From the NCBI GenBank assembly GCA_943704415.1, contig CALSCO010001386.1:52034-72033 (forward strand): a stretch of DNA of 20,000 nt, in the 5' to 3' direction. Positions 9,450 to 20,000 of this stretch are shown piece by piece. Below the pieces are notes generated by a model. That model saw only the letters and a list, made by a program, of their open reading frames with translations. It was not told the DNA's origin and made no database searches. The position numbers and the translations under genes were made by a program. The stretch is from Parvularia atlantis. Taxonomy: Eukaryota. Position 1 is the stretch's first letter, and every line of letters starts with the position of its first letter.

Positions 9450-11397
9450 TTACACCGTCACGCCTCCGTTCGCCGCGCCGGCCGGCTCGCACTCGGTCGC
9501 GACCGTCCCGAGCAGCTCCATTGTGTCCTTGTCGCGGAAGATCATCTCGCCGCTCTCCACCGTGACCTTCACCGCAGGCGTCAGGCAGCGCGAGGCGGCG
9601 CGGTCGCACACGCGCACCAGCACGTTCTCGGCCAGGGCGGACATGAGCGGCTGCTGCGGCAGGCCGTCCATGCCGAGCGCCGCCGTGCCGTTCGAGCCGA
9701 GCCGGGCGCTCCCGGTGCTGCCCGGCAGGCTCGCCTGGACCATCTCGGCGATCATGTTCTGCGGCGTGAGCGCGTCGCTCGGGCGGAAGCTCGAGCCGAA
9801 CGGCAGGATCGACATGCGGTGCTCGTAGTTTTCTGCCAGCCGTCGTGAGCACGGCAGCCGTGCGCGTGTTGCGCACGCACCGTGCGCCTCGTACAGCCGG
9901 TTCATCACGCCCACAATTTGGTTGTACCGCTTTACGTACTCGTCCTCCTGCGACCCGACCAGGTTGCCCCCGCAGTCGTAGCAGTACCAGCGCTGGGCGT
10001 CGGTGAGCAGCTGCGCGGCACGTCCACGGCGCCGTGTCAGCGAGGCGGCGCGCGACAAAGATACGCGCGCACCCCCTCGCGGATGCTCGGGAAGTGGCAC
10101 ATCTGGTGGTAGTAGCGCTCGCACTGGCTGCACGCGACCAGCTGGTTGCCGTAGTACGACATCGGCCCGCGGCACATCTGGCAGGCGTAGTCGGGCGTCT
10201 TATCTGCGGGCCAGGCACAGGCGTCAGCGTGCGCACGCACGGCACGTGGCTTTGCGCGGCGCGCCTGCCCGCCGCCGGGCCCTGCGCGCGGTCGAGAGAG
10301 TGCCGGCCCACGAGCTGCTGCTGGCCACCGCGCGCGCGCTCAGCTCGTCGGTCTCGGCGCGCCGGCCGCGCAGCTCGTCGCTAATGCCCTGCGCGTGCCG
10401 CCGCCGGGGTGAGAACACCCGCGCGCGGAGTGCGCGTGCAGCGTGCCTGCAGCGCGTCGTCACCCAAAAACAGGCCGTCCATCTGCCGCAGGCGCCGTGC
10501 GCGGCTGCGGCGCTTGGCACCGCCGTCGCTCTCCGCCTCTGCGCGCACGGTGAGCGGCTGCCGGCGCATGCGAGGCGCATCGCCCGCACCGGGCTCCTCT
10601 TCGTGCGCCCGCTTGACCACCCGGGCGCGCGGTGGCGCGCTGTCGGTGCTCGCCGTCGTCGGCGGCGACTCGGGGCGCCCCTCGTTGTCGCTTGACGTGT
10701 GCGGCGGCTTGGCCCGCTTGTACTTGCGCGCGGGCGTGCGCTCCTGCTCCTCGGCCGTGCGCCCGAGACGCGCAGGGCCTGCTGTGCGTGAGCGCTGGCA
10801 CGACGCACGGCAGGGTGCGCCGCACCGTTCAGGCGGCTGCGCATGTACTGCGCCGAAAAGTCCGTGCCGTGGTTGCGGTCGAACGTCTGGGCGCCTAGTT
10901 AAGCGGCGTGCTGTGCGCGCCCGCGTCGCACCTGCAGCAGCTGCGTGATGTGCTCGACCAGGTGCACAAGAAAGAGCGCCTTGTCGCTGAACGGCGCGCC
11001 CTGGAGAAAGCTGCGTTGTGGGCGCGGTGCGTTGTGGGCACGGGCGAAGATGTGCAGCCGCGCTGCGCACGCACCACTCGCGCCAGCGGCACGGGCCCGG
11101 CAGGACGTAGCGGTTAGTGTGGCCCTGGATGTGGTTGCGCCACTTCTTCCAGTTGTCGAACGTGAGCGTGCACTGCGCCCACGTGCAGAGGAAGAACGGG
11201 CGGTTGACGCCGCTGTCGTCGGGCTCGTCGTCCTGCTGCTGCGCATCGGCGGCGACGGGCGCCTGCGGCCGTGCGGGTGCCGATGGCCGGCTCGGCAACG
11301 TGGCCGTCGTGGCCGTCGTGGCCGTCGTGGCCGTCGTGGCCGTCGTGGCCGTCGTGGCCGCCGACGCAGACGACGCACCGACGTCCGCCGCCGCCAT
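9450..11397 (-). CDS. Predicted nuclear protein with two C2H2 zinc fingers and one PHD finger, about 8 introns
   Basis: CTWAQC...WRNHIQGH and CRWREWC|GAPF...FLVHLVEH; basic RKYKRAK; PHD CQMC...NQLVACSQCERYYHQMCH...WYCYDC; stop TAA 9450-9452. One junction near 10205-10265 is ambiguous. Confidence 0.8.
11300..11359 (-). repeat. 9-bp tandem repeat (GTGGCCGTC on + strand), about 6.5 units, encoding an Ala/Thr-rich tract
   Basis: gtggccgtcgtggccgtc... in exon 1 of the C2H2/PHD gene. Confidence 0.9.
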
Positions 11398-11421
11398 GCT
11401 GCAAATCTACTCATCGAGCCA

Positions 11422-12936
11422 ATGGCACCGGCGGTCGGTGACGCACCGGCTGACGCCAACGAGCGTGCGCGCGTCGCCCCCCACCGCCGAGAGGGCGCGC
11501 GCTCACACGCGTGCGGCGCAGACTGCGTCGGGCCGAGTAGCGAGCAGGCCGGCAAGGCCGTGTCGTGTGAGGGGTGCCCGAACCAGCAGGTGTGTGCGAC
11601 GGCGGAGAAGGGTCCCGACCCCGGTGCGCGCCCGACGGCCAACAGGTGGCGGCGAGGACGACTGACCGCGGCACGGCGCGCGCCGCAGACATCCCGGCCA
11701 TCCAGGCGCGCCTCGCGGGCGTGCGGCGCAAGGTGCTCGTGCTCTCGGGCAAGGGCGGCGTTGGCAAGAGCACGTTCGCGTCGCAGCTCGCCTTCGCGCT
11801 CGCGCACGACGCCACGACCCAGGTCGGCCTGATGGACATCGACATCTGCGGGCCGTCCGTGCCCAAGATCATGGGCGTCGAGGGCGAGCAGATTCACCAG
11901 AGCGGCAGCGGGTGGTCGCCGGTGCGCCCGCGCTGCGCCTGACGACACGGCTGCTGACTAAGGCACTTGCGCGCGTGCCTAGGTGTACGCCGACGACAAC
12001 TTGGCGGTGATGTCGGTCGGGTTTATGCTGTCGGACCCGAACGAGGCGGTGATCTGGCGCGGCCCGAAGAAGAACGGTGCGCGTGTAGGCGCGCGTGCGC
12101 GGCACGGCTGATGGCACCCGCGCGGCGCACAGGCCTCATCAAGCAGTTCCTGCGCGACGTCGACTGGGGCGAGCTCGACTACCTCGTCGTCGACACGCCA
12201 CCGGGGACGTCGGACGAGCACCTGTCGGTGACGCAGCTGCTCAAGACGGCCGGCATCGACGGCGCGGTCATCATCACGACGCCGCAGGCACGCACACTCG
12301 CACACTCGCGCGCCACGGTGCGCTGCGCTGCTCACGGTGCCCGCGCAGGAGGTCGCGCTGGCCGATGTGCGCAAGGAGATCAACTTTTGCCTCAAGACGC
12401 AGGTGCCTATCCTTGGCGTGGTCGAGAACATGAGCGGTTTCGTCTGCCCGAGCTGCCACGTGCGCCCGGCCGCCGTCGGCACCTCGGCCCCCCCCCCCCC
12501 CCCCCCTCCTTGACGCGGTGGCGCTACAGGGCGAGTCGCAGATTTTCCCGGCGTCCACGGGCGGCGCGCGGCGCATGGCCGAGGAGTACGGCGTGCCGTT
12601 CCTGGGAGCGGTGCCACTCGATCCGCGCATCGGCTTCGCGTGCGATCAGGTGCGCGCGGGGCCGTTCGGGGAATGGGCGCGCCGATCGCCCGTGTGCTGA
12701 CTGACGCACGAACGCGCGCGCGCGCCCCGGTCGCGGACGATCGATCGCAGGGCGTGTCGTTCACGAAGACCTACCCCGATTCGCCTGCCACCCAGGCCCT
12801 GCTCGGCATTATTTGGCGTGCGTGGCGGTCTTGGCGCTGGCGTGCGGATGACGTGCACTGACGCGGTTGCGCGGCGCCAGAGCTTGTGGCGCGGTTGCCG
12901 GTCAGCCAAACGGCAGGCGACGGTGCAGCGAAGTGA
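11422..12936 (+). CDS. NUBP1: Cytosolic Fe-S cluster assembly scaffold NUBP1/Nbp35, 8 introns
   Basis: N-terminal Fe-S motif [26 protein letters not shown]-loop [48 protein letters not shown]; stop TGA 12934-12936. Confidence 0.96.
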
Positions 12937-13257
12937 GCCCTGGCCTGTTCGTTCCAGATGCGTCAGCAGCCGTCCCGGTTCCGCACCGGCCCGTGCCGGC
13001 TGTGCCGCGCGCGGCCTGCTGTCGTTCGTTTGTGCCGATGTGTTGGTAGGGGGGGGTTCGTGGCTCGGCGTGGTGGCGGAGCGCACAGTATGCGCGGCCG
13101 AGGAGCGATGATGGTCATCAGGGACAGTGCGAGCATCATGCCGGGGCTGTTCTCGCTCCCGCGCGTCGCCCCGCCACGGCACCGGCGGCGGCACCGGCAC
13201 TGACCGCGCGATGGGCATCTGCGTCCGCCGCCAAGTCGTAGCCGACGCGCCACCCGC

Positions 13258-13280
13258 CCCGCCACGCCACGCCACGCCAC
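13258..13280 (+). repeat. (GCCAC)n pentamer repeat abutting the kinase start codon
   Basis: gccacgccacgccacgccacATG. Confidence 0.75.
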
Positions 13281-16982
<3,702 letters not shown>

Positions 16983-17101
16983 CTAGAAAGAGTCTGTGCA
17001 TGGTGGTGGTGTAGATGAGGCGGCGTGCGGTCACAAGATCCATGACAGCGGCGGTGCACAGGCCACAGAGACACGAGGGGGAGAGGGGGGCAAGGACGCG
17101 C

Positions 17102-18823
17102 TTATGCGGCGGGCGTCTTGGTCTCCTTGTCGTCCTTCTTGAGCGGACCCATGAACTGCTTCTTCTCGTCGGCGGTCTGGAAGCGGCCGTGGCCAAACTT
17201 GGACGAGGTGTCAATGAACTTGAGCGTGATGACCTCCTCGGCCGCCCGCGACTTGGTGCCGTGGAGCGACTTGCGCAGGGTGAGGACGCGCTTCTTGGGG
17301 CCGACGCAGCAGCCCTGCACGGCGCGGCCGGTGCGCGTCAGCGAAGCGCGCGCCGGCGGGCGCAACGCGCGCGCGAGAGACGCACCCGAATCATCACAAA
17401 GTCCTCGTTGACGACACCGTAGTGCGGGAAGCCACCGAGCGGCGTGATCGACTTGTCGGTGATGTCAAACTCGGTGCTGGCGTTGTTGTAGATGACCTTG
17501 CCGTCGGCGTTCTTGTGCACGCCCTTGCCGATCCGGTACACCTTCTTGTTGATCTCCGTCCGGTGGAAGTAGCCGCGCTGACCGGCACGGGGCACGCTGC
17601 GGTTGACGCGGGCCGGATGCCACGCGCCGATACAGGCGACCTTGCGCAGACCCTTGTGCGTCTTGCGCGGGAGCTTGCGCGTGCCCCAGCGGGCCGTCAC
17701 GCCCTCAAAGCCCTTGCCCTTGGTCACACCGATGACGTCGATCATCTCGTTCTGCGTGGCCGGCGCGGGCTGTCAGGCGCCCCTGCCCTGCGCGCCCTCG
17801 CCCTGCCGCCGGCGCGCACCTGCGTGAAGACCTTGTCGATCGTGATCTCCTTCTCAAAGTTGTCGACGGCAAACTTGACCTTGTCCGCGATCGAGCCGCC
17901 GTTGACCTGCACCTCCATGATGAACGCCTTCTTCTGCCCGACCTTGGCCTTCTGCATCTGGGTGTGGATGAGCACGCGCACGACGGTGCAGTACTTCTTG
18001 ATGCGCTCGAGGTTGCGGTCGATCTCGCCCTTGCCGTCGGTGTACTTCTTGGCGTACTTGGTGAAGGCCTGTGCGGCGGCGGCGGCGGCGGCGGGTCAGC
18101 ACGGCGGGCGCGTAACCGAGCACACGGCCCACGCGCCTTCTTCTTGCTGCGGTACCAGTTCTTGTAGAAGCGGCGCTTCACCTCGTTGCTCAGGTGCTGC
18201 GCCCAGACCGTCGTGAGCGACCGCAGGCCTGCGCCGCGGGCGAGGGGGTCAGTCGGCGAGCATGGCGCGAGGGCAAGGGCGCACCGCGCGGCGTCTCGAC
18301 GTAGCCGATCACGCCCACGACGACCACGGGCGGCGTCTCGATGACCGTGACGGCGTCGACGACCTCCTTCTTGTTCATCTTCATGCCCGCGCGGTCGACC
18401 TCGCGCACGATGTGGGTCATGCCGGCCTTGAAGCCGAAGAACGCCGTCAGGTGGCACGGCTTTGCGGGGTCATCCTGTGCGCGCGCGCTCCCCGCGTTGG
18501 CTGCCTGTCACGGGCCCCAGCGGTCGCGCGCGCACCTTTGGGAACGACTTGACCTTGCCGCGGTGGCGGGCGGCGCGCTTGCGCGGCGAGAAGCCGAGCG
18601 AGCCGTGGCGCGGGGCCTCAAACTTGCGGTGCGACTGCGCACCGCGTCAGTCGCCGCCATATCCACCCCATCCATCCATCCATCCATCCATCCATCCATT
18701 CGTCGCGTGGTGTAGTGCGTTTGGGGCAGGGCGGGGCGGGGGGCAGGACGGGACGTGCGGCGGGCCGTGTGTGCGCGTGTCGCGGTCACGCCCATCGCCT
18801 GGCTGGCCCCACGTGCTTACCAT
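17102..18823 (-). CDS. RPL3: 60S ribosomal protein L3 (uL3), 6 introns, first coding exon ATG only
   Basis: [16 protein letters not shown]...[14 protein letters not shown]...[18 protein letters not shown]...[21 protein letters not shown]...[15 protein letters not shown]; stop TAA 17102-17104. Confidence 0.98.
18668..18699 (-). repeat. (GGAT)8 repeat, sense orientation, in RPL3 intron 1
   Basis: (ccat)8 on the + strand. Confidence 0.95.
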
Positions 18824-18836
18824 GGCGGCGCTAGAG

Positions 18837-18847
18837 GAAAGAGACCG
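18837..18847 (-). promoter_or_regulatory. TCT-like/5'TOP-like pyrimidine initiator upstream of RPL3
   Basis: + strand gaaagagaccg reads CGGTCTCTTTC on the sense strand and ends 13 nt before the ATG at 18823. Confidence 0.7.
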
Positions 18848-18883
18848 GCGTCTGTGCAGCCACTTGACCTTAGAACACTAGCG

Positions 18884-19879
18884 ATGCTCAATAACCTCTT
18901 CCGAACGCGGCCGCGCGTCAAGTTCGAGGCCGCGGTGCTGCTGAGCCACCTGGCGAGCGTGCCGCTGGCCAACGGGTACCTGTACGTCAAGTGGCGTCAG
19001 AAGACCGGCGGCGGCGCGTCCGGCACGACGCAGCGGGTGCAGATCAGCCAGCACCAGGCGCGATGGAACGAGGAGGTCGCGCTTGAGGTGACCTGCTCGG
19101 TCGATCCGGACACGGGCGTGCTCGAGAACGCGTGGCTGCAGCTCTCCGTGCGGCTGGTGCGCGGGGCGCCGGCGCCGTGCCGCCCGCTCATCACCGGGTG
19201 CACGTGCGCAGGAGACCGGCGGCGGCAAGAGCTACGAGGCGCTGGGCTCGGTCAACGTGGACCTGGCCGAGTTTGCGGGGGCGCTCGGGCGGCCGCACGC
19301 GCGCACGTGCCTGCTGCGCGAGTCGATGCTCAACGCGACCATGGAGCTCACGGTCACGCTGCGCCAGATGAGCGGCGACCGCATCTTCAAGCCGTGCGTT
19401 GCACACGCGCGTGTGACACGGTGCGGCTGACGACGATCGGCGCTCGGCCCGCGGCAGGCCAGGCGGCAGTGTGTCGCAGAGCGCGAGCAGCGGCATGTTT
19501 GCGGGCGACAGCGGCGGGGATGTGACGCGCCCGCTCGACGCGCACGGTGCGCCTGCGCTGCCTGGGTGGAGCCGCATGGCTGACCAGCGGCATGGCTGAC
19601 CAGCGGCACAGCTGAGGAGCAGCTCGCACTCGAGGCCGCCGCGGTGCAGCTCGCCGCCGTGGACGTGCACCCGGAGGGGCTGAGCCACCGGCAGCTGCGC
19701 TTCCTCGTGCGTGCTCTGCCGCCGTGCTGTGCCTTGCCGTGGGGCTGACTTGGCACGCGCGCGGCAAGGCACCGCATCTGGACGCGACGGCAGCGATCGC
19801 GCACGCGCACAACGTCGTGGCCGACGTCTTTCGCGAGCACTACGAGGCGCAGGCCACGAACACCGCGTCCGCCTTCTAG
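18884..19879 (+). CDS. NT-C2 domain protein, EEIG1/FAM102/SYM-3-like, 4 introns
   Basis: KFEAAVLLSHLASVPLANGYLYVKWR, ARWNEE, DPDTGVLE...LSVRL|ETGGGKSYEALGSVNVDLAEFAG, NATMELTVTLRQMSGDRIFKP; stop TAG 19877-19879. Confidence 0.88.
19574..19608 (+). repeat. 16-bp tandem duplication covering an intron branch point
   Basis: gcatggctgaccagcg twice, followed by gca. Confidence 0.85.
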
Positions 19880-20000
19880 GTCCTATATTTAGACATTTTC
19901 CCTCCTTCGACCTTTTCCCCCACCGGTCGTCCGCTTTGGCGCACTTGGCTTGCGCGGCGTGCTGCCCAGTTGTGGGCCGCACGCGCACGTGAGAGGGGGG

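Noticed and set aside
11300..11359. Tandem repeats (9-mer, GGAY arrays, polyQ) as CRISPR arrays or telomeric repeats
   Set aside because: There are no unique spacers or cas genes and the context is eukaryotic. The repeats lie inside exons or introns of ordinary genes.
12488..12506. Poly-C run in a NUBP1 intron
   Set aside because: A simple homopolymer of uncertain length with no supporting structure.

Overview
This is very GC-rich, extremely compact eukaryotic DNA, probably from a unicellular eukaryote; I cannot name the taxon. The long six-frame ORFs are mostly artefacts. Manual splicing gives 11 intron-rich genes with about 90 introns by hand count, mostly 50-85 nt, with GTGCGC-type donors, CTGAC/CTCAC branch points, GCAG acceptors and little polypyrimidine tract. 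In order the genes are: a 5'-partial RRM plus mS45-like protein, twinfilin, a PTS1-bearing enoyl-CoA hydratase, an ER-retained (HDEL) beta-propeller protein, RPS24, a DHHC palmitoyltransferase, a C2H2+PHD protein, NUBP1/NBP35, a SAM-MLK-type kinase fused to a large uncharacterised domain, RPL3, and an NT-C2 (EEIG1/FAM102-like) protein. Four things stand out. (1) The two ribosomal protein genes share an architecture seen in no other gene here: CGGTCTCTTTC exactly 13 nt before the ATG, an ATG-only first coding exon, and a 185/186-nt first intron carrying (GGAY)n and CGCACACACGG. (2) Divergent start codons lie only 24-60 bp apart and convergent stops 22-26 bp apart. (3) At least 7 introns are GC-AG. 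(4) The kinase domain fusion is unusual. All exon structures are manual predictions without transcript data.
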